Of a DNA stretch of 57,749 nt, positions 28,426-37,191 are shown piece by piece. Within the stretch, counting starts at the first letter, position 1; every line of letters begins with the position of its first letter. The notes under the pieces were generated by a model. The model was not told where the DNA came from. It saw only the letters and a list, made by a program, of their open reading frames with translations, and searched no databases. The position numbers and the translations under genes are program-made. This stretch comes from a virus (Duplodnaviria; Caudoviricetes), in the IMG/VR virus record IMGVR_UViG_3300006879_000004, positions 1 through 57,749 of that record, one strand, 5' to 3'.

Positions 28426-30873
28426 TTACATGAGTCCTAATTGCTGAGCCATTTCGCCTGCCTCCTGTTCGCTAATTTCTCCAGAGTCCAAAGCCTGCTG
28501 TATTTGATCCGCTTGCATAGCCATCTCTTGTTCTTGTTGCTGTGCTTGCATTTGTTGCTCTGTCTCTGAAGTTGATTTGAACTGCTTGTTAAGTGCGTTA
28601 CTGTAGAAGATCTGCATCAACTGTTGCTGTTCTGGTGTCAATGTCTTACCATCTAACTCCGCCTGAATCAGCTTCTCTACAATATCCATAATCTTAACTT
28701 CAGTAGAGTTCTCTCCTTTAATCTTCCATTCTTGAGCTTGAAGGCTGGATTGGATTTGGAAAGTTTCCCGTTTAGCCTCTTCTGTACGAACCGCCATGTC
28801 CCCTTGGGCTTGAGCCTGAAGTTGTTGTCTTTCTACCTCTTGTTGCCAAACTCGTTCTTGATTTTTCTTATACAGGAATCTCATGTATTTCTCAGCTAGC
28901 TTAACATCTTTCAACCCCATTATCAATAGGGCATCAGGCATAGTTAATTCCCTTGCTGTTACACTGGCCATAACAAGAGACTGAAGCCTCTCCTCGTCCT
29001 CTTTAGTTATTTGAGGATCGTATTTAAACTCATAATTACAGGCGGTAATATCCTTCCTATTTTTAATAAACTCTACATTCTCTTCCCCTAAGTATTTAAG
29101 ATACCCCTTGTTAACGTCTCCGTAGGTAAGGACATCTAAAATTCGTATACCTAAGTGCTTAACTAGGGTTTGAGTAGCTTTAAGATAAGACCTGTAAATG
29201 TAGTAGGTAGCTGTTTGGGATATGGCAATCTGAGTCTGTATAGCCCCGTTACTCATTCTATTTACGTTTGCTGTACCTTCTCGGTTAGGATTTATCCCAA
29301 GCGTGTCTCTAATGTTATTTAAAGCATTGTTATAAATAGTTAAATACGTGTTAATGTCGTCTGATATAGACAAGTTCATAGGGATTACGGGAGGGGCGTT
29401 GTCCACCATTCCGTTTTCCTTCTTACGTTTAATATACAACTTACCCGTCTGTTGGTAAATGTCATCAATTTCTAAGGGGCTCATCGTCCCATCTCCTAAG
29501 TCGATGTCCATCAGAGCTTCATAGTCAATCATGTATCCCACGGGCGGGTGAGACGCAATTGTCATTTTCACACGAAGCATGGCAATGTCCATTTGCTGAA
29601 TCTCCGAAATGACTTTAGCCACCGCAGACTCTTCTAGCATACGTCCTCGGTTGTCAGGCATGAAGAAGATGTATGGACACAGTACTTTTTCCTTTTCTTT
29701 ACCTTCACGTGTCTGGTTAAAGCTCTCTCCCCATTCTAAGCACACTGGACAATCGGAACTTCCTGCAAACCAACCCTCGTAAGAAGTTTCAGGATGTACT
29801 ACACCAGTTCTTTTCTTATTGTTTGAACGGACTTCTTCTTTGTTAATATTAAAGTCAATATCGAATACCGCTTTTCCGTAGGAGTCTTCCCCCTCTAAAT
29901 ATCCCACATTCTTAACCGTTCTTTTCCATACGTGATAAACAGGTACTGTAAAATCATCGTAAGGTCTAGCACTGGAACTTCTCCAATCTTCGTTGAATGA
30001 CCCCCTGAGCAAGTAATAATTACCAAAGTCTGTCCTGTACTTATGAGCTAGTTTATAAAGTAGTTCTTCTTTTTCTCTAGGGAAATCGAACCTATCTCTT
30101 AACTCCCCAATGGTCATAGTACACTTACTTCCAGCATACGCAATATCTGAGAAGTCTTCTAGGGCTGATTCATCATATAAGGCGTCCTCAATAGGAATGA
30201 AATCTACTCTAATTTTACCCTTTCTGTCTACATAGTGTCTGTATCCCCCAAAGTGAACTTGAAACATGTCACTTAAGAACTGCCTCTTCATACGATCTAT
30301 ATCAGAATCATTCAGAACTTTCTCTACCATTTCAGCCATTAAAAGTTCTTCTTTTTCTTCCGAATTTAAAGAGGTGATTAAATCCAACTCTTCCTCATCT
30401 TGAGGTACTTGTTGTGTGGGGTCCTCTACAGGGAATCCGACATTAGCGGATAGGTTATCTATAAAGTCCTTATACTCCATTCTGAATTTGAGGTCGGTTT
30501 TCTTCCTCTCTTTTCTCTCTTGTATATGTTGTGACTTACCAATAGCCTTTGGAGTTTCTTTTAATTGCTGGTAATCATCTACAACAATCTTCTCGAATTT
30601 TTGAAGTACTTTAGTTGGAGTGTAGTTAATGTTAACATACTGCTTACTACCTTCTATGTTTAACTCATCCAAGTATATCTGCAAGGGTTGCTTACCTTGA
30701 GCGTACATTCTACTTTCAGAAATTAGACTGTCTCTTTTTTCTCTATATGATGATGTAGCATCTAAAATAGCTTTGAAAACTTCTATGCCGTATTTCTGAC
30801 TATCTTTAACCTCGTTAGGTACGTACATTGGAGGAAACCAAGATCGTCCCTCTGATTTAAAATCTTTTGACAT
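28426..30873 (-). CDS. Portal protein
   Basis: 815 aa after the terminase; RMYAQGKQ, YQQTG and IRDTLGINPNREG motifs; Q-rich barrel C-terminus. Confidence 0.88.
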   Translation of the reverse strand: MSKDFKSEGRSWFPPMYVPNEVKDSQKYGIEVFKAILDATSSYREKRDSLISESRMYAQGKQPLQIYLDELNIEGSKQYVNINYTPTKVLQKFEKIVVDDYQQLKETPKAIGKSQHIQERKERKKTDLKFRMEYKDFIDNLSANVGFPVEDPTQQVPQDEEELDLITSLNSEEKEELLMAEMVEKVLNDSDIDRMKRQFLSDMFQVHFGGYRHYVDRKGKIRVDFIPIEDALYDESALEDFSDIAYAGSKCTMTIGELRDRFDFPREKEELLYKLAHKYRTDFGNYYLLRGSFNEDWRSSSARPYDDFTVPVYHVWKRTVKNVGYLEGEDSYGKAVFDIDFNINKEEVRSNNKKRTGVVHPETSYEGWFAGSSDCPVCLEWGESFNQTREGKEKEKVLCPYIFFMPDNRGRMLEESAVAKVISEIQQMDIAMLRVKMTIASHPPVGYMIDYEALMDIDLGDGTMSPLEIDDIYQQTGKLYIKRKKENGMVDNAPPVIPMNLSISDDINTYLTIYNNALNNIRDTLGINPNREGTANVNRMSNGAIQTQIAISQTATYYIYRSYLKATQTLVKHLGIRILDVLTYGDVNKGYLKYLGEENVEFIKNRKDITACNYEFKYDPQITKEDEERLQSLVMASVTARELTMPDALLIMGLKDVKLAEKYMRFLYKKNQERVWQQEVERQQLQAQAQGDMAVRTEEAKRETFQIQSSLQAQEWKIKGENSTEVKIMDIVEKLIQAELDGKTLTPEQQQLMQIFYSNALNKQFKSTSETEQQMQAQQQEQEMAMQADQIQQALDSGEISEQEAGEMAQQLGLM

Positions 30874-30878
30874 ATTTC

Positions 30879-32966
30879 TCAGTAACTTAGTCTGTTAATT
30901 ATCTTCCCTCTTCTTAGGAATTTGATATTACTATTCTGTTTTTTAATTTCTTTAATTGGTGCTTTCAGGCCCATTATAGCCATGCCACTGCTCATAGCTC
31001 CGTCGTAGTCTGTACGATTGTCTATATCAAAGTGTAGCCTATCCTCTAGTATCCTCCTGAACCATATCTTATTATGATCACTGTAAGAAGATTCTACCAT
31101 TAGTGTTAAATGTTCTTCCCTGCCCTGTTTATCTTGTGGGGCTATACCAAATATCTTCTCCCCATCTGATTTTCTCTTAGTCTCTATAAGATATTCATCT
31201 AACTTGTTTTCTACAAACCAGTCAACCCAGTCTGTAGGGGCCCGCTCCCCTAAGCATTTAATACCATAGTATATTAAACCGTTAGCAACCTGCTCGTGGA
31301 ACTTAGACTTCGTATCTGGCCTACCTATAAAAAAGGCAACTGGCATACCACTATTGTCTGGGTCTAAAGAAGAATACCTTTTCCAAACAGTTACCGAAGC
31401 GTCTGAACCCCCTTCTCCCGCCTTCTTAGCGTGAGCAAATGGGTCTAATCCTGCGGCACCGTATGCAGTATTACCCGGTATCTGCTTTCCATATTTACTC
31501 TCCCACTTATTAGCTTCTTTTTCAGATAGTAGTTCCTTAACGTACCACATTCCCTTTTCATCATCTACAAACTTTACTCGGCCGTTAGGGTTTTTTACAA
31601 ACCATCCTCTTCTCCCATTCTCATCTCTTTCAGGGTCCCCTCCTTTTTCTATAATTTGCTCCTTTACTTTCTCCAATTGGTTATTAATATCTTCTACATT
31701 AAAATAACATTGGTTGTTAGCTGATTTAAATACCTCTTTCCAATCAAATGGGAATTTACGAATTTCCTCTGCTAACTGCTCTGGGTTTTTAGATAACGCC
31801 TTCCTGCGTATTGACCTGTATTCCTTAGCCCCTATGTTAGGGTTAGGGCAAGCGGGCTTACCTGTGGTAGGGTCCTTCACTGTTTTAAGGTACTCTGTCT
31901 GCTCAGGGGTAGGGCTCTCTACTACCGAGTTTCCATATTTATCTATATACCCTAATACCCCCTTATATCCGGGTATAAAAAACCTCTTCAATCTGCTAGG
32001 GGTTTGGCCCATTTCATCCGTACCTTCTATGTGATCTGAACTATCCCATATACTTTTAAAGTTAGCCCCTCCAGAATCCATGGCGTTTACTGTACTAAAC
32101 ATCAGTACTTTACCGACAACCGAGGCCCCTGTAACTAAAGTCTCTGATATTTTAGAGAATAAGATACTTATATCCGCCTCTTCTACTTTAGCGGCCTCAT
32201 CTAGTATAATAGTTCTAAGTCGTCTACCATCATAAGAGTTCTCCGCTGTAGCCAACCACCCTGCCCTGTTGTTAAGTCCCTTAGACTTCTGCATAGTTGT
32301 AGAGGTGTTATTCTTAGATACTCTTTGTGCTGGAGTATTAAAGAAAAGCTCTTTCTCCCCAATAGTTCTCATAGAGGGCATTAGGAATGGAGGTAGATTT
32401 TCTAACGAGAACCTTATCATATAGTAAAGTTCTTTAGCATCCGTAGATGTTTTAGAAACAATCCCGTGTAAGTTATTCTGTTCCAGAAGACACACTAAAA
32501 GCTGAATTGATGCTCCCATCGAGGACATACCCAATCGTCTACCTTTGATTCCACAAATGCCCAATGTAAATGGATCTTCATCTACTGCTTCAAAGAATCT
32601 AAAGAACTCTAGGGAAGTATCTCTATAGTCTGGATAAATACCTTCCTGAAGAGTGTGCCACTGGTGGAAGAAATAACAGTACTTGTTAAAGTAAGTAGGT
32701 TCTCCATTAATCATCATCCACTCCCCAAAGTTTATTCTCTCTATTTCATCTTCATACCACTCTAGTTGACCCGATTCTGGATTTTTATACCAAACATCGC
32801 CTAATTTAGGGTCTGTGTTCCAACTCCATTGTAAGTACTCCTCATGTCTCCTCCAAAGTTGATCTTTCTTAGGTAAGTCGGAAAATCTAATATTCTTCTT
32901 AGCTGGCATAGGTGGCTCTTGGTACTTAAGACCTTGAACGTCTATAACTCTTCCCTTTTTTGCCAT
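30879..32966 (-). CDS. terL: Terminase large subunit
   Basis: KGRRLGMS (Walker A), IILDEAAK (Walker B), RFFIP, GLDPF nuclease motif, YDGAMSSG. Confidence 0.93.
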   Translation of the reverse strand: MAKKGRVIDVQGLKYQEPPMPAKKNIRFSDLPKKDQLWRRHEEYLQWSWNTDPKLGDVWYKNPESGQLEWYEDEIERINFGEWMMINGEPTYFNKYCYFFHQWHTLQEGIYPDYRDTSLEFFRFFEAVDEDPFTLGICGIKGRRLGMSSMGASIQLLVCLLEQNNLHGIVSKTSTDAKELYYMIRFSLENLPPFLMPSMRTIGEKELFFNTPAQRVSKNNTSTTMQKSKGLNNRAGWLATAENSYDGRRLRTIILDEAAKVEEADISILFSKISETLVTGASVVGKVLMFSTVNAMDSGGANFKSIWDSSDHIEGTDEMGQTPSRLKRFFIPGYKGVLGYIDKYGNSVVESPTPEQTEYLKTVKDPTTGKPACPNPNIGAKEYRSIRRKALSKNPEQLAEEIRKFPFDWKEVFKSANNQCYFNVEDINNQLEKVKEQIIEKGGDPERDENGRRGWFVKNPNGRVKFVDDEKGMWYVKELLSEKEANKWESKYGKQIPGNTAYGAAGLDPFAHAKKAGEGGSDASVTVWKRYSSLDPDNSGMPVAFFIGRPDTKSKFHEQVANGLIYYGIKCLGERAPTDWVDWFVENKLDEYLIETKRKSDGEKIFGIAPQDKQGREEHLTLMVESSYSDHNKIWFRRILEDRLHFDIDNRTDYDGAMSSGMAIMGLKAPIKEIKKQNSNIKFLRRGKIINRLSY

Positions 32967-32968
32967 AA

Positions 32969-33373
32969 TTACTTCCTACTTTCTTTCTTCTCTTTAATTC
33001 TTTTCTGCATCTGTTCAAATGCGTTTTCGTCTGGGTCTAACTCTATTTTAAGGTCTTGAGCTTCATTAACTACTTCTGGTAAGAGCTCTTCTGCTGTCTT
33101 GGCTATCTCTGTGAATAATTCACTATTCTTTAACATTAAGAATATTCTTTCCACAGATTTATCTGAACCGTCTGGAGTTAAGATTACACATTCCTCCACC
33201 CTTCCAGAAGCTATCCTGTCTAAATCCTCTGCCATAACTCCAGCTACCTTATCTGCTGACCTTATAAACTTATCTATAGAAGAGGTACTTTTACGAAGTA
33301 GCTCATCCTCTAAACCAGATATATATTCGTCTATCTTAAAGTCTCCGCTTCTAAGTTTTTTATTAATAACCAT
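32969..33373 (-). CDS. Possible terminase small subunit
   Basis: 134-aa helical protein immediately upstream of terL; positional inference. Confidence 0.45.
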   Translation of the reverse strand: MVINKKLRSGDFKIDEYISGLEDELLRKSTSSIDKFIRSADKVAGVMAEDLDRIASGRVEECVILTPDGSDKSVERIFLMLKNSELFTEIAKTAEELLPEVVNEAQDLKIELDPDENAFEQMQKRIKEKKESRK

Positions 33374-33419
33374 AACATAAAAATAAAAATGCCCCGTTGT
33401 TTGTTGTAATACTACGAGG

Positions 33420-33427
33420 CAAATTTA
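33420..33427 (-). promoter_or_regulatory. Late-type -7 box TAAATTTG overlapping a terminator-like hairpin
   Basis: TAAATTTG then (G)CCTCGT...ACGGGGC-ATTTTTATTTTT, upstream of the packaging genes. Confidence 0.68.
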
Positions 33428-33449
33428 CTAAAAATTTAAATTGATATTG

Positions 33450-33764
33450 TTAAGTGGTTATAATCATCTCAATATTATTCTCATGCACTAGATAATATTC
33501 CTCACCTTTTAAGTTAACAGTATGCGGGTTCTTGAATGTAATCTTAGTGCCTTCACACAGGTTTGATTTAGCATCTTCTGATAACCCAGTCCCCATAGAT
33601 AAAATAACTCCGCTATTTTTCTTAAACGCTAAATTGTCATCTTTTTCAGCAGGAATTAAAATACCACCGACTTCAGTGAAGGCTTCCTTCTTCTCTTCCT
33701 TATACTTCTCTACTAAAACTCGTGCCCCTAACGGCTTAAATCCTAATTTAAAATCTTTTTCCAT
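33450..33764 (-). CDS. GroES-like co-chaperonin
   Basis: FKPLGARVLV...GGILIP...GVILSMGTG...GEEYYLVHENNI. Confidence 0.85.
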   Translation of the reverse strand: MEKDFKLGFKPLGARVLVEKYKEEKKEAFTEVGGILIPAEKDDNLAFKKNSGVILSMGTGLSEDAKSNLCEGTKITFKNPHTVNLKGEEYYLVHENNIEMIITT

Positions 33765-34485
33765 ATTGTTTTGATATTTTACTTGAACTTAATTCTCTAT
33801 CTACTTTAGCTTTTCTCATTACAGAGTCATACCACTCATCGGAGTCTACTACTGCGTAAGCATCTTCGTTTTGTATATCAACCCTTATAAGTTTCTCTCC
33901 GTTATGTTCAAATTCATAATCTCCCCCCAACTTTAACATTACGTACTGACCTACTTTAAATTCTTTACATCCATCCCAAACTTTCTTAACCTTGGCTATG
34001 TCTCTTCTTCTTCCCTCATAATCGGGGGATAGGTCTAAGCTAGAATGGGCGAACTTTCCGTAGACGGGTTCACATATCAACACGCCCTCTCGAGGCTCTA
34101 ATTCACCAGACCTCTCATCAATTCCAAAGACGATGTTGTAGTTATCTACCTCGAATAGTTTGTTGCCACTATCATCAACCATGAGATGCTGGGATTCCCC
34201 GTCCGAGTCTTGAAATGTAAAGTGTCTGCATATAGCCCGTTGACCAACTTTGAACTGAGCACCCTCAGATGCCCAAACGATTGTTCCTATAGTAGGTCTA
34301 GTGTCTCGGTTGTCTGGGTTGTATTTAGTTTCTATCTTAAGAACTACTCCTGTATCTCCTAACTCCAGCCACTCTCTCTGCTCTAGGTCGCAGGTCATTA
34401 GATACCTGTCTTTCAATTCGAACTTGTTTTTCTTAAAGTGGTTTTTAAAATATTTCCAATTAGAGTAAATCATCGTATTCTTCAT
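33748..34485 (-). CDS. Protein with two GroES-like domains
   Basis: Two repeats of a GroES-like pattern (FKVGQ twice; GVVLKI...GTIV; LEPREGVLICEP...FEHNGEKLIRV). Confidence 0.6.
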   Translation of the reverse strand: MKNTMIYSNWKYFKNHFKKNKFELKDRYLMTCDLEQREWLELGDTGVVLKIETKYNPDNRDTRPTIGTIVWASEGAQFKVGQRAICRHFTFQDSDGESQHLMVDDSGNKLFEVDNYNIVFGIDERSGELEPREGVLICEPVYGKFAHSSLDLSPDYEGRRRDIAKVKKVWDGCKEFKVGQYVMLKLGGDYEFEHNGEKLIRVDIQNEDAYAVVDSDEWYDSVMRKAKVDRELSSSKISKQYGKRF

Positions 34486-35248
34486 ATTTTCTCATACCTG
34501 TCGCTTTCTTAATCTGTTCTAATACTGCACTGTTACCGAAGCTATCTTTATTTCTTATGTCGTTAAGAAGGTCCTCACCCATTCCGTTTATCTTGAACTT
34601 GATCTTACCTACTCTTGTTATTAAACCCTTATCGGCTAAATAGTTTAATCCCTTACGTATCGTGTGAGGTGTTAATGTGGGTATCTCTATATTCGATACA
34701 GTAATTCCTAGTAGGGTTTCTTTGTGAAACAGTAATGTAAGAAGTAGAAGGTAATGGGTTATATTTAGGTCAGTTACGAACTCGTAATTGTACTCATCCA
34801 GATGTTGAAGTACTTTAGTGAACTTCTCAAAGTTTTCCAAATGCCTTTCCGATACGTTATTTCTAACTTCAGTCAGTGTATTTTCAAACTTCTCAACCAC
34901 TGCTGGTGGTACGTAATGTTTATATCGGGTTCTGTAGAATACTGTTCTCGGTTTCTTTCCAACCTTGTTCTGTAACTCTCGGTACCTCTTCTCCCAATTA
35001 TTAATCTTAGTCTGTAACTTCCTTAACTCCCTTCGGTTTAAGACTCCTATCTGGTGTATTTCCTTCTTATGCTCGTCTTCGATGCTTTTGAGTTGCTCCC
35101 TTAGGATCTTAATCCGGTTATCCCTTCTACTAATTTTTTGTTGTAATGCAGTACGAACATCAGTAAAAGTCTTACCCTCTTTCTCAAGGAACTCCCTATG
35201 AGAGCGGGCTAATTTACGTCTCATAGGTCTTTTGTTCTTCTGCCTCAT
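34460..35248 (-). CDS. Coiled-coil plus C-terminal winged-helix (MarR-like) DNA-binding protein
   Basis: Long basic coiled coil, then TIRKGLNYLADKGLITRVGKIKFKINGMGEDLL. Confidence 0.6.
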   Translation of the reverse strand: MRQKNKRPMRRKLARSHREFLEKEGKTFTDVRTALQQKISRRDNRIKILREQLKSIEDEHKKEIHQIGVLNRRELRKLQTKINNWEKRYRELQNKVGKKPRTVFYRTRYKHYVPPAVVEKFENTLTEVRNNVSERHLENFEKFTKVLQHLDEYNYEFVTDLNITHYLLLLTLLFHKETLLGITVSNIEIPTLTPHTIRKGLNYLADKGLITRVGKIKFKINGMGEDLLNDIRNKDSFGNSAVLEQIKKATGMRKYEEYDDLL

Positions 35249-35261
35249 ATTACTGTCCTAA

Positions 35262-35531
35262 TTAAAAAGGCAATGAATCCTCACCGCTATCTGTAATGTC
35301 TACTCTTTCTGGAGACGCTTTGGGTTGAAATGTGTTCAACACAGCGTACTTACCACCTTTACGGGATTCTAATAAGTCAATGTTTACATACCCTTTCTCG
35401 TTTTTGTGTTGATTAATGAATGCAATAAACTTGTCTGCCTGTACGCTCAACTTGTCGATCTTACCAAAAGAGGTTTCTTTTTGATCTACGAATAATCCAT
35501 CTACGTAGATTTTCTCTGATTGTTTTGCCAT
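35262..35531 (-). CDS. Small SSB-like protein
   Basis: KIYVDG...NEKGYVNID...YAVLNTFQP; acidic tail ending DSLPF as in SSBs. Confidence 0.6.
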   Translation of the reverse strand: MAKQSEKIYVDGLFVDQKETSFGKIDKLSVQADKFIAFINQHKNEKGYVNIDLLESRKGGKYAVLNTFQPKASPERVDITDSGEDSLPF

Positions 35532-35556
35532 TTTATCTGTTTTTGTTTACTTTGTT

Positions 35557-35631
35557 TGGTAGTTCCACAAGGAATCGAACCTTGATCTAAAGATTAGAAA
35601 TCTTTCGTTTTATCCGTTAAACTATAGAACT
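35557..35631 (-). tRNA. tRNA-Arg(TCT) with encoded CCA
   Basis: AGTTCTA/TGGAACT acceptor stem; GTTT/AAAC D stem; AAAGA-TTTCTAA-TCTTT anticodon arm; CAAGG-TTCGATT-CCTTG T arm; ACCA end. Confidence 0.93.
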
Positions 35632-35658
35632 AAACCTATATATGGTACTTAACTGATA

Positions 35659-35689
35659 CAAATGTACGAAACGTTTCCTTTACTTCCTA
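35659..35689 (-). promoter_or_regulatory. Phage-type promoter TAGGAA-N17-TACATTTG (tRNA/SSB/GroES operon)
   Basis: Minus strand TAGGAA gtaaaggaaacgtttcg TACATTTG. Confidence 0.8.
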
Positions 35690-35734
35690 GTCTTTTCTTA
35701 TATTATTTTGTCACATTATTATTACACTTATAAT

Positions 35735-35765
35735 TAGGAAGTTTGGTTTATTATTCGTACTTTAG
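35735..35765 (+). promoter_or_regulatory. Phage-type promoter TAGGAA-N17-TACTTTAG (divergent partner)
   Basis: TAGGAA gtttggtttattattcg TACTTTAG. Confidence 0.7.
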
Positions 35766-35863
35766 CTTTTGTAATCGGGGAGTATTCCATGAGGTTTGAG
35801 TTTAATTCCATAGTCAGCTAGAGGTGTTTTCCCGAGACTCTTTTTAGAGATAAAATAGTCGTT

Positions 35864-35953
35864 GTGGAAGACGGTTATAAAATATACTTAAGGTTAAAGG
35901 CCCTTTCGGATTCGCATCTTCCACCTCTGCGTTTCTGATTGGGCTTTTCTTTT
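35864..35953 (+). promoter_or_regulatory. Structured leader (hairpin plus potential pseudoknot) of the primase-like gene
   Basis: GTGGAAGA (35864-71) is complementary to loop TCTTCCAC (35917-24) of a long hairpin AAGGCCC/GGGCTTT followed by a T-rich tract. Confidence 0.6.
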
Positions 35954-35958
35954 AAAAG

Positions 35959-37179
35959 TTGTTTATGGGAAATATTAACATAATTAACAGTATTACTAAC
36001 AGGCAGATATCTTCTAATATTACGTTAGAGGGTTTGGTTGACTTTATTAAAAATCCAAACTCTCCCCATGTGCCTTTTATAAATTCTGCAAGAAGTTTTG
36101 GTAAGGGGTCGGTTGCTTACGATTCTATTAAGAAGAATAACATACCCTGTGCTATTCTAAACTTCAACCACTCTAAGGGCTACGTAAAGGGTAATACAGT
36201 CAGTAAACCTACTGGTTATCTGTACATAGATGTGGATAACAGTTTAGACGTTGATTTATCTAGCGATCATATATCTGCTTACTGGAAGTCTCTTAGTGGA
36301 ACAGGTTATTCTATAGTTGTTGCTGTCAAAGGTCTTACTAAGAGCAATTATAAGTCAGCTACTATAGAGGTTTCAGATTTACTAGACCTTCCCTTAGACA
36401 AGGGTGCTATATCTATTGATAGAGTTACTTGCATTAGCTACGACCCTGATGCTTATTATAACCCCAACGCTGTTGTGTACCATATACAGGCTAAAAGTAA
36501 TGAAGAAAACTATCACACAGTATTAACTAATACTAACACTCTATATGGGTTAGGACTGTACGATAGTTTTTCTAAAACAAAGGTTAGAGTTTCTACAATA
36601 GAGGATTTGTATAAGGGGATAGACTTTAACGGGGAGCCAGTTCATGATTTAGGTACAGGAGGAATGCCTTATGCAGATATTCACTTTAACATAAGAGGGG
36701 TAAGTAAGGGTAATCGTAATGTAGCTATGTACTCTACAATTCAGCAGTTGAGGGCTATGAACCCTTGGATGCACAAAGACAGGGTTGTAGCGTATATCAA
36801 CGGGATTAATAAAAAGGCTTTCAAACCAATGCTGAGTAAGGTGGAGCTAAACAGTATTATAGAGAGTGCTTTTAAGGAGAAAAACCCTAAATTGCTTATG
36901 AATAGAACTAGAAGATTCTTGTATAACCCAGATTATGATTTAACCACCAGAGATAAGAGATCCATAGCTATAAAAGAATTAAACAGAGTAAGGGTTGGTA
37001 ATACAGATATGAAAATAAGGTCAGTACTAGAATGTTGGGACTTTAGTAAGAACGGTAAGATAACCCTGAAGAAGATTGCAAACATAGCTGGAATATCAAT
37101 ACCTACAGTTAATAGGAGGGGGAAGCAACTTAAAGAAATAATAAAAGAAAAAAATTTAGGATTTAAGGGTAATATTTAG
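35959..37179 (+). CDS. Primase-like replication protein (BT4734/VirE-N-like domain + PriCT-1 + C-terminal HTH)
   Basis: PTGYLYIDVD and WKSLSGTG motifs; KGNRNVAMY...ELNSIIESA PriCT-like segment; ITLKKIANIAGISIPTVNR HTH. Likely start is ATG 35965. Confidence 0.7.
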   Translation: MFMGNINIINSITNRQISSNITLEGLVDFIKNPNSPHVPFINSARSFGKGSVAYDSIKKNNIPCAILNFNHSKGYVKGNTVSKPTGYLYIDVDNSLDVDLSSDHISAYWKSLSGTGYSIVVAVKGLTKSNYKSATIEVSDLLDLPLDKGAISIDRVTCISYDPDAYYNPNAVVYHIQAKSNEENYHTVLTNTNTLYGLGLYDSFSKTKVRVSTIEDLYKGIDFNGEPVHDLGTGGMPYADIHFNIRGVSKGNRNVAMYSTIQQLRAMNPWMHKDRVVAYINGINKKAFKPMLSKVELNSIIESAFKEKNPKLLMNRTRRFLYNPDYDLTTRDKRSIAIKELNRVRVGNTDMKIRSVLECWDFSKNGKITLKKIANIAGISIPTVNRRGKQLKEIIKEKNLGFKGNI

Positions 37180-37187
37180 TACATTTG
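37157..37187 (+). promoter_or_regulatory. Phage-type promoter TAGGAT-N17-TACATTTG, ATG 4 nt downstream
   Basis: TAGGAT ttaagggtaatatttag TACATTTG taac ATG(37192). Confidence 0.75.
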
Positions 37188-37191
37188 TAAC

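Noticed and set aside
1594-33774. Plus-strand ORFs in the left arm (e.g. 1594..1866, 1951..2178, 3500..3820, 10998..11330, 12579..12983, 27542..27874, 31714..32034)
   Set aside because: Antisense shadows of well-supported minus-strand genes, with S/L-rich composition and no motifs.
35557-35631. Amber suppressor tRNA (CTA visible in the loop) and stop-codon reassignment
   Set aside because: The 5-bp stem AAAGA/TCTTT fixes the loop as TT-TCT-AA, so the anticodon is TCT. Long genes are intact in the standard code and TAG ends genes such as nrdA.
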